Under the pieces are notes generated by a model that was not told the origin of the DNA, searched no databases, and was given only the letters and a program-made list of their open reading frames with translations. DNA of 16,305 nt from Chlamydiota bacterium (lineage in GTDB: Bacteria; Auribacterota; Tritonobacteria; UBA1439). Of the stretch, positions 5,786 to 13,392 are shown in pieces; position 1 is the stretch's first letter; every line of letters starts with the position of its first letter. The position numbers were made by a program, and so were the translations under genes. The stretch covers positions 1 to 16,305 of the forward strand of contig JBAXOY010000071.1 in assembly GCA_037133055.1 (NCBI GenBank), in the 5' to 3' direction.

Positions 5786-7213
5786 CTAATGGACCGTCAC
5801 GTCCACCTCGTCCGCGTAGCCCTCGATCGGGATGAGCGGGTCGAGGTTCGCCGGGACGAGCTCGACGACGACCGTGTACTCCCCCCCGACCCCCGGCGGG
5901 ATCGTCATCTCGAGGAGGCGCGTGGTATATACGGCGGGGAGCCCCGGGATGTCCTGGACGAGCGGGTCGGTGCCGCTCCGGAGACTGGTCGGATTCCCGA
6001 GCGTGAACGAGTACGCCGAGGCCCCGGGGCCGAAGATGCAGCCCCACGCGTCGAAGGTCGCCGTGAGCGGCTGCACGGCCACGTCCACCGTGAAGGTGTC
6101 CCCCGCGGCGAGCGTGGTGTGGTTCACCGTCACATCGAGGCCCTGGGGCACCGGCGGGGCGATGACGTAGCGCTCCGAGGTCGTGAGGACGTTCGAGTCG
6201 GTCCAGCGCCTCCCGCCGAACACCCACATGGTGCCGCCGTCGGCCGACGGCACGAAGGCGCTCGCGAAATCCCTCCGCGCCTCGACGAGGGAGGGGAAGG
6301 TCGACCATGTGTTGGCGGCGACGCTGTAGTCGGAGCAGTTAGCCCACTCCGACGGCCACTGCCCCCCGCCCGCGATGACGATGTGCCCCGCGAGGGGGTG
6401 CCCGGCGCCGGAGTCGAAGCCGAAGGCACGGCCCTCCCCGGTGCCATCGTCGGTGCTGAGATCGGCCACGGACGCGTTGTCCCAAAGGGCGGCGGTGTTC
6501 GAAAGGTTGAGACGCTCCGTTCTTGTGGTCGCCGCCAGGGTATCCAACGCGGAGTAGTGCTCCCCGCCAATCGCATAGGCGTACCCGTCCACGACGCAGG
6601 CGTAGATGAAGCCGCGGGACTGGGTGAGGTTCACGCCGACGAGTTGAGACCACCGGCTCCCGGATGCGAGCGAGGGATCGAACACCCATGTCTGGGCAAA
6701 GTCCCAGGAGTCAGAGGCTCGGGTCCCCCCGAAGACGTAGAGCTTGTTCCCGTGTTCGACCACGCCCCCGGGGATCCTCGGGGGGGTCGGCCAGTCGTCC
6801 GCTCCCGGGAGTTGGACCGCGGTGTTTGTCGCGGGATAGTAGACCTGGACCGCGTGCGTGTAGGAGCTGTTGCCGAGGCGGCCGCTGACGAGATAGATCC
6901 CCTTCCCCGTCGAGTCCTGGAGGATGTTGAGTGTGTAATTCGAAACGGGAAGGGGAAGATCGACGCCCGTGTCGGTGTAGGTTCCCGTTTCCGGGTCGAA
7001 GCTCCACACGGAGCCGTCGGTCGTGTCGTCGGCGAGCCGCCCCCCGAGGAAGTAGACCAGCCCCGTGTCGGGGAAATAGATCCCGTCGAAGCGGAAGAAC
7101 TGGAAGCCGGTGTCGGGGCCGTATTCCCAGTATTGGGAAGCGGCGGGCGCCGGGGCGAGGGAAACGGCGACCGTGGCGAGGATGGCGAAGAAAAGCGAAA
7201 GCCGTGTCTTCAT
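5786..7213 (-). CDS. Exported Kelch-repeat (six-bladed propeller) protein with a divergent copy of the shared C-terminal domain (475 aa)
   Basis: AAGGAGG RBS and signal peptide MKTRLSLFFAILATVAVSLAPAPAAS. Six Kelch-like motifs (VYFLGG, IYLVSG, LYVFGG, AYAIGG, IVIAGG, MWVFGG), several followed by YP/FDP...W. Short PPVP linker, then the domain at ~5786-6142. Confidence 0.85.
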   Translation of the reverse strand: MKTRLSLFFAILATVAVSLAPAPAASQYWEYGPDTGFQFFRFDGIYFPDTGLVYFLGGRLADDTTDGSVWSFDPETGTYTDTGVDLPLPVSNYTLNILQDSTGKGIYLVSGRLGNSSYTHAVQVYYPATNTAVQLPGADDWPTPPRIPGGVVEHGNKLYVFGGTRASDSWDFAQTWVFDPSLASGSRWSQLVGVNLTQSRGFIYACVVDGYAYAIGGEHYSALDTLAATTRTERLNLSNTAALWDNASVADLSTDDGTGEGRAFGFDSGAGHPLAGHIVIAGGGQWPSEWANCSDYSVAANTWSTFPSLVEARRDFASAFVPSADGGTMWVFGGRRWTDSNVLTTSERYVIAPPVPQGLDVTVNHTTLAAGDTFTVDVAVQPLTATFDAWGCIFGPGASAYSFTLGNPTSLRSGTDPLVQDIPGLPAVYTTRLLEMTIPPGVGGEYTVVVELVPANLDPLIPIEGYADEVDVTVH

Positions 7214-7324
7214 GCGGGCCTCCTTCGGGTTGGCGGGGGCTCATACCCTGCACCCGCGGTGAATGCATGCGATCGCGGAAAGGATACTCCCGCGCATGGC
7301 CGGGGGCAAGCGCAATCGGAGCAC

Positions 7325-7333
7325 ATCATAACA
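7325..7333 (-). promoter_or_regulatory. Possible extended -10 promoter element for the Kelch gene
   Basis: TGTTATGAT (TGn + TATGAT) ~110 nt upstream of ATG 7213; no convincing -35. Confidence 0.35.
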
Positions 7334-7379
7334 TCATTGCGAAGAGCTCAGGCGTGTCCGTGGCGGCTGTTGTGACGGT

Positions 7380-7470
7380 TGTCATCTCTGAGAGCGGAGC
7401 GACGAAGCAATCTCCCGTTGACGGATACGACGGGATTGCTTCGCCTCTGGCGCGGCTTTCAGAGATGACA
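7380..7470. repeat. ~90-nt palindromic element of the GTCAT...GAAGCAATC...GATTGCTTCG...ATGAC type (RPE/REP-like)
   Basis: Terminal inverted repeat TGTCATCTCTGA/TCAGAGATGACA with inner stem CGAAGCAATC/GATTGCTTCG, immediately downstream of the polyferredoxin gene. Confidence 0.75.
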
Positions 7471-7485
7471 GGGAGATGGAATGAA

Positions 7486-9102
7486 TTATGGGCACTTCTC
7501 CGCCCGCGACTCGCCCAGAGCATAGACCCTGATGGCCGCCTCGCCCTCCACGGGACAGATGTGCTCGCAGCGGCCGCAGCCGACGCATTTGTAGGAATCC
7601 ACGGCCGGGCGTCCCACCGAACCCTTCTCCGCTTTCGGGCCGAGCCCCGGGCCGACGTCCTCCGTGATCGCCTTCGGAGACACGGGGCAGACCTCCTCGC
7701 AGGCAATGCACGTCATCCCCTGCGACCAGGGGATGCACCGCTCACGGTCAACGACGGCGGTGCCGAGCTTGACCGGGCGCACGCGGTCGGACCCTTTCTT
7801 CTGCTCGAGCGTGAGCGCCCGTATCGCCCCCGACGGGCAGACTTGGCCGCAGAGCGTGCAGGAGTAGACGCAGTAGCCGATGCGCGGGATGATGCGCGGC
7901 GTCCAGATCCCCTCCACGCCCGCATCGAAGACGGTCGAATGGATGGCTCTCTTCGGGCAGATGCGCGTGCAGGTCCCGCACCTGAGGCACGCGGCGAGGA
8001 ACCGCGGCTCCGGCAGGGCGCCCGGCGGCCTGATGAGGCGCGCGCGGTTGACGCGCGCCCGAAATCCGCGGAGGAGCGGCGCCGCGAAGAGCCCGCCCGC
8101 CACGCTCGCGATGAGCGCCCGCCTCGTGAGGTCGGGCCCGCGGGAGGCCGCCTCCGTGTCCTCGCGGAACCCGAAGCCGAGCACGTCCTCCGGGCAGGCG
8201 GCCTGGCAGTTAAGGCAGAGGAGGCACTCGGGCTTTTTCCACGCCGCCGCGCCCTCGGGCGAGGCGCCCCCCTGGCAGAGGAGCGCGCACCGACCGCACG
8301 ACGTGCAGCGCGGGCGGTCCTTGAACAGGCGCACGGGCGAGAGGCGGGAGAGGAGCCCGAGGAGGGCGCCGAGCGGGCAGAGGAAACGGCACCAGGCCCT
8401 CGGCCAGACGAGGTTCGCGAGGAGGAGAACGGCGAGGAGCATGCCCGTGGAGAGCGCCGTCCGGAAGAAGAGGGCCTCCCCGATGAGCTCGCGGCGCTCG
8501 AGGAACCCGTACGCGGCGGCGGCCGGATTCGCGAGGGCGGGCAGCCCCGAATCCATGGCGGCGGCGAGGATGCGGGCGGCGGCGAAGTGGACGGCCGGGA
8601 AGATCGAGAAGATGAGCCCCCGCGAGAGGATGCAGAGCGGGTCGAACGCGACAGGCTGGAGGAGCGTGAACCCCGCGGCGGCGAGGAGGGCGATGAGCAG
8701 GCAGTATTTCAGCGCCTGCGCGCGGGAGTACGACGCGCGGGCGAGGCGTCGCCTCCGCGAGCGGCGCGGGGCGAGCCGCCCGACGACCTGGTGGAGCGTC
8801 CCGAACGGACAGACCCAGCCGCAGAAGAACCTCCCCAGGAGGAGCGTCGTCGCCGCGGTCGCGATCGCCCACAGGAACGTTGCGCGGAGCGACCATGTCG
8901 AGACGAGCAGGCCGAGGGCGGCGAACGGGTCGAAGTCGAAAAAAGGCCCGGCGGTCGCCGGCGCCGCGACCCTCCCCGCGGCGAGGTCCATGGTGAGGCT
9001 CGAGTAGCGGGCGTGGAAGACCAGCGCGAGGAAGGCGAGGAGGAAGGCGGCCTGGGAGAGACGCCTGAGTCGGCGGAGCGTGACGGCGGTGGATTGTTTC
9101 AT
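7486..9102 (-). CDS. Polyferredoxin membrane protein: NapH/MauN-like N-terminus fused to NapG/MauM-like multi-4Fe-4S C-terminus
   Basis: Hydrophobic segments with GRFFCGWVCPFG and RAWCRFLCPLG (NapH-type CxxxCP). CxxCxxCxxxC(P) motifs CTSCGRCALLC, CLLCLNCQAACP, CLRCGTCTRICP, CTLCGQVCP, CIACEEVCP and CVGCGRCEHICP. NapG-like LIRPPGA motif. Confidence 0.88.
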   Translation of the reverse strand: MKQSTAVTLRRLRRLSQAAFLLAFLALVFHARYSSLTMDLAAGRVAAPATAGPFFDFDPFAALGLLVSTWSLRATFLWAIATAATTLLLGRFFCGWVCPFGTLHQVVGRLAPRRSRRRRLARASYSRAQALKYCLLIALLAAAGFTLLQPVAFDPLCILSRGLIFSIFPAVHFAAARILAAAMDSGLPALANPAAAAYGFLERRELIGEALFFRTALSTGMLLAVLLLANLVWPRAWCRFLCPLGALLGLLSRLSPVRLFKDRPRCTSCGRCALLCQGGASPEGAAAWKKPECLLCLNCQAACPEDVLGFGFREDTEAASRGPDLTRRALIASVAGGLFAAPLLRGFRARVNRARLIRPPGALPEPRFLAACLRCGTCTRICPKRAIHSTVFDAGVEGIWTPRIIPRIGYCVYSCTLCGQVCPSGAIRALTLEQKKGSDRVRPVKLGTAVVDRERCIPWSQGMTCIACEEVCPVSPKAITEDVGPGLGPKAEKGSVGRPAVDSYKCVGCGRCEHICPVEGEAAIRVYALGESRAEKCP

Positions 9103-9121
9103 CGGGACGTTTCTTCAGCGC

Positions 9122-9493
9122 TGTCATCCCGGAGAATGACGGGATCAAAAATTAATGTAGCCCGCAGATGAACGCAGATCGTCAGGATAGACAGGATACA
9201 AAAGGCGGACAAAAGCGGATGGATACCCACATTGGACGCAGATTTCGCAGATGAACGCAGATGGAGGAACAGCCCCAGGTCAAAGGTTCAAAGCCCAGGG
9301 TTCACTGGTGCTTTTAACTCTGGACCTTGAACTTTCAACCGTAGTCCGATCTGCGTGCTCTGCGTTCATCTGCGTCCCGAATGCCATTTCCCTTTCTGCC
9401 TTCACGCCATGGTCTTATCCGCGTTCATCCTGACGATCTGCGTTCATCTGCGTCCCGGCGTCAAAGCGTGTAATGCCGGATTCCGGAATGACA
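9122..9493. repeat. Nested inverted-repeat region (GTCAT/ATGAC outer arms, CGCAGATGA-type 9-mer arms, TTCAAAG-type heptamer core)
   Basis: 9122-9133/9482-9493 (11/12 match); perfect 26-bp inverted pair 9163-9188/9427-9452; imperfect pair 9234-9262/9349-9377; heptamer arms at about 9273-9304/9314-9338. Confidence 0.85.
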
Positions 9494-9532
9494 CAAGGGG
9501 CCGGAGCGTTCGAGGACATGCCGATAAGGTGC

Positions 9533-10474
9533 TCACGCGCACTCGACGTTCTTCGTCCTCAAGCCCTGGTAGTCCGTGGTGCCGAGGCCGCGCGCCTGCG
9601 CGAGCCCGATGTATTCGACGTCGGCGGGCTTCATTCCGAGGAGCGCCGCGGCCCACGAGTCGAGCGCCACCTGGTCCGTCCCCGCGGCGACGAGTTTCGG
9701 GTAAATCAGGTCGGCGGGCCTGCCGCCGCTCGGCCCGTGCTGCGTCATGACCCTCGTGGCGTCGAGGACGACGAGCGTCGGGCGGGCGAACGCGGCGAGG
9801 TCGGCGATGCTCTCGTCGATCACCCCGTGCAGCTTCCCGCGCCGCCCCCCGATGATCCCGTACAGGTTTTTCATGGCGGCGGTGAGCGAGCTCAACTTGT
9901 GCTGCTTCACGACGGGGACGTTGATGAACTTGTCGGTCTCGAGGAGCGGGACCATCACCGGCCAGGTTCCCACGGCCCCGCCGACGTTGACGTCGCGGAA
10001 CGCGCGCGGGCCCTGGGTGATCACCTTCGCCCCGGCCTTCTCGGCGGCGGGGCCGATGCCGCTCACCGCGAGGCAGCGGAGCGGCTCCTCGATGATGTGG
10101 TCGAAGACGACGACCTCGCGGGCGCCGGCCTTGAAGGCCATCTCCACGATTGCCGCGACGATCTCGGGGTGGGTGTCGGCGCCGAGCTCGGGGGTGCTGT
10201 CCCATGAGATGTTGGGCTTCACGGCCACGCGGTCGCCCTTCGCCACGAAACGCCCCATCCCGCCGATCGCCTCGATCGCGGCCCGCGCCTGGGCCCCGGG
10301 GGATGCCCCCTTCGCGATGGCGAGCTGGGGGAGCGCGGGGGAGGGGGGGACGGAAAAGTCGAAGCGCTTGGGGGCGGCGTCCCCGGGCGCGGCCGGGAGC
10401 CACTTCACGGGGGAGGCGAACGCGAGCCCCGCGCCCGCGCGCGCGCTCCATGCGATGAATTGACGCCGGTTCAT
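9533..10474 (-). CDS. Tat-exported DUF362-family protein
   Basis: MNRRQFI twin-arginine signal and GGAGGTGA RBS. GG...FV.KGD.V.VKPN, THPEIV, FINVPVVKQH...LT.AMKNLYG and D.VALD motifs are typical of DUF362. It lies next to a 4Fe-4S gene, a common context for this family. Confidence 0.85.
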   Translation of the reverse strand: MNRRQFIAWSARAGAGLAFASPVKWLPAAPGDAAPKRFDFSVPPSPALPQLAIAKGASPGAQARAAIEAIGGMGRFVAKGDRVAVKPNISWDSTPELGADTHPEIVAAIVEMAFKAGAREVVVFDHIIEEPLRCLAVSGIGPAAEKAGAKVITQGPRAFRDVNVGGAVGTWPVMVPLLETDKFINVPVVKQHKLSSLTAAMKNLYGIIGGRRGKLHGVIDESIADLAAFARPTLVVLDATRVMTQHGPSGGRPADLIYPKLVAAGTDQVALDSWAAALLGMKPADVEYIGLAQARGLGTTDYQGLRTKNVECA

Positions 10475-10562
10475 GATTTCACCTCCCGGGTATGGGGCAG
10501 AGAAGCGTTAATGGCGTGACGCGAATAACCAGGAATGCGCGGGCGGTTCCGGCCGGGAACGA

Positions 10563-11474
10563 TCAGTCGCCCGCCTTCATCGCGGGGGTCTTCACGCCGG
10601 GCGCTTTCTCCGCGGGCGCCGCGCCGGGGGCCTTCGTCCCGGGCTCCTTCGCGTGCTCGCGGTCGATCCGGGCGCAGATGCTGTCCTTGAGCGTACGGCA
10701 TTCCGCACTCGTCTTGGTTAGCGAGGGGTCGTTCCACATCGCCTCGAACTCGGCCTCGAAATCGGCGACGAGCTTCCGGTCTTCAGGGCCGCGGACGATC
10801 ATCAGGTTCTCGAGGTTCTTCGTCTCGGCGTAGTTCGACCAGTTGTACGAGCCGGTGACGAGGGTCTCCCCGTTGATGATCGCGACCTTGTGGTGGAGGA
10901 GGCTCGCCTTCGGGTGGAAATGGTCGTAGTCGGCCCTGCCCAGCTTTTCCTCCCAGGAGAAGGCGGGGAACCACTTGTACTTCAGCTCGACGTTCGGGAG
11001 CGGCCTCTGCCGGTACTCGCTGATGACCTGCTTCAGCTCGCTGTCCGCGGCGAGCTTATGTTCCGCCGGGTCCTTGATAAACGTCTTCCGGCGCTCGGCG
11101 ACCGTGCGGTAGGCCTCGACCTTCCCCGAGGCGATCCCCTCGATATCCGGCACCACGGAGGTCGGCTCGCGGAAGAGCTGGCTCAGGTTCGCGATGATGC
11201 GGATCTTCACGGAGGGGTAGTCCCGCGCGATCCGGAGCAGGCTGTCGGCGAGGGTTGGGGAGGTGAAGGAGAAGATCATGATGTCGATCGTCGCCGGCTT
11301 CCCGTCCTTCGCGCGCGCGACCGCCTCGGAGAACGCCTCCTTGACGTATTTCTCGAGACGCTCCACGCTGTTGAAGCGCGTCTCGATCCCGCCCGCCGCG
11401 AGGGCGGGAAGGAGGAGGGCGAGCCCCGCGGCCGCGAGGGCGCTACGACCGGGCGTTGTCTTTTGCTGTCTCAT
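10563..11474 (-). CDS. Phospholipase D/Nuc-superfamily protein, single HKD-like motif (variant HxKxxxxN), probable signal peptide
   Basis: TIDIMIFSFTS, LHHKVAIINGETLVTGSYNWS..A...NLEN and F..EFE.MW match PLD/Nuc-like domains. The N-terminus has basic residues followed by ALAAAGLALLLPALA. The RBS is weak and the gene overlaps the upstream gene by 32 nt. Confidence 0.8.
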   Translation of the reverse strand: MRQQKTTPGRSALAAAGLALLLPALAAGGIETRFNSVERLEKYVKEAFSEAVARAKDGKPATIDIMIFSFTSPTLADSLLRIARDYPSVKIRIIANLSQLFREPTSVVPDIEGIASGKVEAYRTVAERRKTFIKDPAEHKLAADSELKQVISEYRQRPLPNVELKYKWFPAFSWEEKLGRADYDHFHPKASLLHHKVAIINGETLVTGSYNWSNYAETKNLENLMIVRGPEDRKLVADFEAEFEAMWNDPSLTKTSAECRTLKDSICARIDREHAKEPGTKAPGAAPAEKAPGVKTPAMKAGD

Positions 11475-12225
11475 CTGGCGTCCCGCCGGGGTTGACGACC
11501 CGTGTGCCCATATTCCACAGCCGGTCGAACTCCGCCTGGAAGTCGGCGGCCGCGCCGGGGTTGTTCAGGAAGAAGAAGCGGTCCTCGGTGTACTTGACGT
11601 TGGCGCCGAGCTCTATGTTGGCGCTGCCCGTGAAGACGTGCACGCCGTCGATGATGCCGAACTTCTCGTGCATCGTTTGAAACGGGAGCCCGGTCGCCTT
11701 CTCGGCGAGGGCCGGGTCGACGATCTTCGCCTCGATCGGGAGCCGGTCCTCGTTGATCTTGTCGATCGCCTCCTGGATGACGGGGACGTTGTTCTTGTCC
11801 TTGATGGACGGGTCGAGGAAGAGGCGGACCTTCACCCCGCGCCGGACCGCCTTGACGATCTCGGTGTGCTCGGGGGTGTAGATGCCGTAGAGGTAGCAGG
11901 CGATGTCGATCGTCTTCCGGGCGCGGCGGATGAGGTCCATGAGCGGGAAGCTCAGGTCTCCGGGCCGGGTCGAGATATCCTTCCCGTCGGGGTCGAGGAG
12001 CGTGCACTTCTTGTTGTAGTTGACGGGAGAGTAGCCGCCGAACGGCGACATGAAGACGTAATTGATCGGCCCCGGCGGGAGCGGGGGAGGCGCCTGGTCT
12101 CCGGTCGCGACGGGGAGCGCCGCTACCGGGGCCGCGGGGATCTGCGCGGGGGCGTCCGCAGCGGAAAGGGAGACGACGGGGATGAGGATCGCGGCGGCGA
12201 TCGCTATCGGTGCGAAAACGCGCAT
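11443..12225 (-). CDS. Phospholipase D/Nuc-superfamily protein, single canonical HKD motif, probable signal peptide (260 aa)
   Basis: ATG 12225 (MRVFAPIAIAAAILIPVVSLSAA) with GAGGT RBS. A.KTIDIACY, A.RRGVKVRL, MHEKFGIIDG..VFTGSAN and F..EFDRLW motifs. Confidence 0.85.
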   Translation of the reverse strand: MRVFAPIAIAAAILIPVVSLSAADAPAQIPAAPVAALPVATGDQAPPPLPPGPINYVFMSPFGGYSPVNYNKKCTLLDPDGKDISTRPGDLSFPLMDLIRRARKTIDIACYLYGIYTPEHTEIVKAVRRGVKVRLFLDPSIKDKNNVPVIQEAIDKINEDRLPIEAKIVDPALAEKATGLPFQTMHEKFGIIDGVHVFTGSANIELGANVKYTEDRFFFLNNPGAAADFQAEFDRLWNMGTRVVNPGGTPDETAKDNARS

Positions 12226-12252
12226 GGTAACCTCGCGTGAGTGCCGCACAGA

Positions 12253-12281
12253 ATGGTACCCGCTCGGGGGTGGGGGGTCAA
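12253..12281 (-). promoter_or_regulatory. sigma70-type promoter for the PLD gene pair
   Basis: TTGACC (12281-12276), 17 nt spacer, TACCAT (12258-12253), 28 nt upstream of ATG 12225. Confidence 0.6.
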
Positions 12282-12315
12282 GCGTTAAAGTTCATCTGCG
12301 TGCTGCGTTCGAGTG

Positions 12316-12747
12316 TCATTTCTTTTTCACTCCCGCCTTCTCGTGTTCCGTCGCGAGGACGATCCGGCTGATCCCCGCCTGGAGGGCGGTGTCGATGACC
12401 CTGACGATCGAATCGTACCTCACGTCCCGGTCGCCGTTGATGACGATCGAGGAGTCGCCCGCCGCGGCGGAGAGCTCGGCGAGCCGGGCCTCGAACGCGA
12501 CCCCGTCGCCCGGGAAGACGTAGCGCGTTTTCTCAAGGAAGACCTCGCCGCTCGCGTTGACGGCGACGGTGACGGTGCGCGGGGGCTTTTGGTCCGCGGC
12601 GGCCTTCGGCAGACGGACCTGGATGCTCGACTGGTAGATCATCGGCGTCGCCACCATGAAGATGATGAGGAGCACGAGGACCACGTCCGTGAACGGCGTG
12701 ATGTTGATCTCGGCGGCGACCCTCGCGCTCCTGGAGCGTCTCCTCAT
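12316..12747 (-). CDS. exbD: Biopolymer transport protein, ExbD/TolR family (143 aa)
   Basis: EINITPFTDVVLVLLIIFMVATP with the conserved TM Asp, and INGDRDVRY..IVRVID. The ATG overlaps the upstream stop (ATGA at 12744-12747). exbD versus tolR cannot be settled from sequence alone. Confidence 0.88.
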   Translation of the reverse strand: MRRRSRSARVAAEINITPFTDVVLVLLIIFMVATPMIYQSSIQVRLPKAAADQKPPRTVTVAVNASGEVFLEKTRYVFPGDGVAFEARLAELSAAAGDSSIVINGDRDVRYDSIVRVIDTALQAGISRIVLATEHEKAGVKKK

Positions 12748-13373
12748 CGCTCCCCGGCCCCCGTCTTCTCGGCGATCTCCGACGCGCAGATCTCCATGTC
12801 GGAGACGAACAGGTCGATCCTCCGGACGAAGTAGTTGTACGCCACCACCGCGGGCACCGCCACCACGAGCCCGGCCGCCGTGGTCACGAGGGCCTCCGCG
12901 ACGCCGGCAATCACCGCGTTCATCCCCTCGCCGGAGCTTTTTGATATGTCCCCGAACGCCCGGATGATCCCGAGCACCGTCCCGAAGAGCCCGATGTACA
13001 CCGCCACGCTCCCAATGGTGCCGACGATGCCGGTGCGGCGCTCGAGCGCCACGGTCTGGATCTCGATCTCGCGCTCCATGGCCCCCGCGGCGGCCTTGCC
13101 GCCCTTGCCGCCGTGCGAGAGGCCGACGGCGGTGACGCGGGCGAAGGGGGCGCGGACCTTCGCGCAGACGGCGAGGGCGTCCTCGCGGCCGCCCCGATCG
13201 AGCGCCTTGCCTATCGCGGCGAGGAACGCGGACCGCGTGACCGTCGAGTTCAGCCAGTAGCAGATGAGCCGTTCCACGATCACTGAGACCGACAGGACGG
13301 AGCAGGCGAGGAGCACGTACATCGTCGGCCCCCCGGCTTCTATGATCGCCCAGGCGCTGAGTCCCTGGAACAT
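12744..13373 (-). CDS. exbB: MotA/TolQ/ExbB proton channel family protein
   Basis: GG..M..L...SV.S..VIVER, IGLFGTVLGII.AF and GVAEALVTTAAGLVVAVPA.VAYN.F motifs. GAGGT RBS. Translationally coupled to the ExbD/TolR gene. Confidence 0.88.
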   Translation of the reverse strand: MFQGLSAWAIIEAGGPTMYVLLACSVLSVSVIVERLICYWLNSTVTRSAFLAAIGKALDRGGREDALAVCAKVRAPFARVTAVGLSHGGKGGKAAAGAMEREIEIQTVALERRTGIVGTIGSVAVYIGLFGTVLGIIRAFGDISKSSGEGMNAVIAGVAEALVTTAAGLVVAVPAVVAYNYFVRRIDLFVSDMEICASEIAEKTGAGER

Positions 13374-13392
13374 TGGTCAAACCTCGCTTTCG

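Noticed and set aside
9163..9452. CRISPR array
   Set aside because: The repeats are short 7-9-mers arranged as inverted arms, with no constant-length repeat/unique-spacer periodicity and no cas genes.
12291..12310. Another copy of the CGCAGATGA 9-mer element (TTCATCTGCGTGCTGCGTTC)
   Set aside because: A single short degenerate arm with no inverted partner; possibly a remnant but too weak to call.
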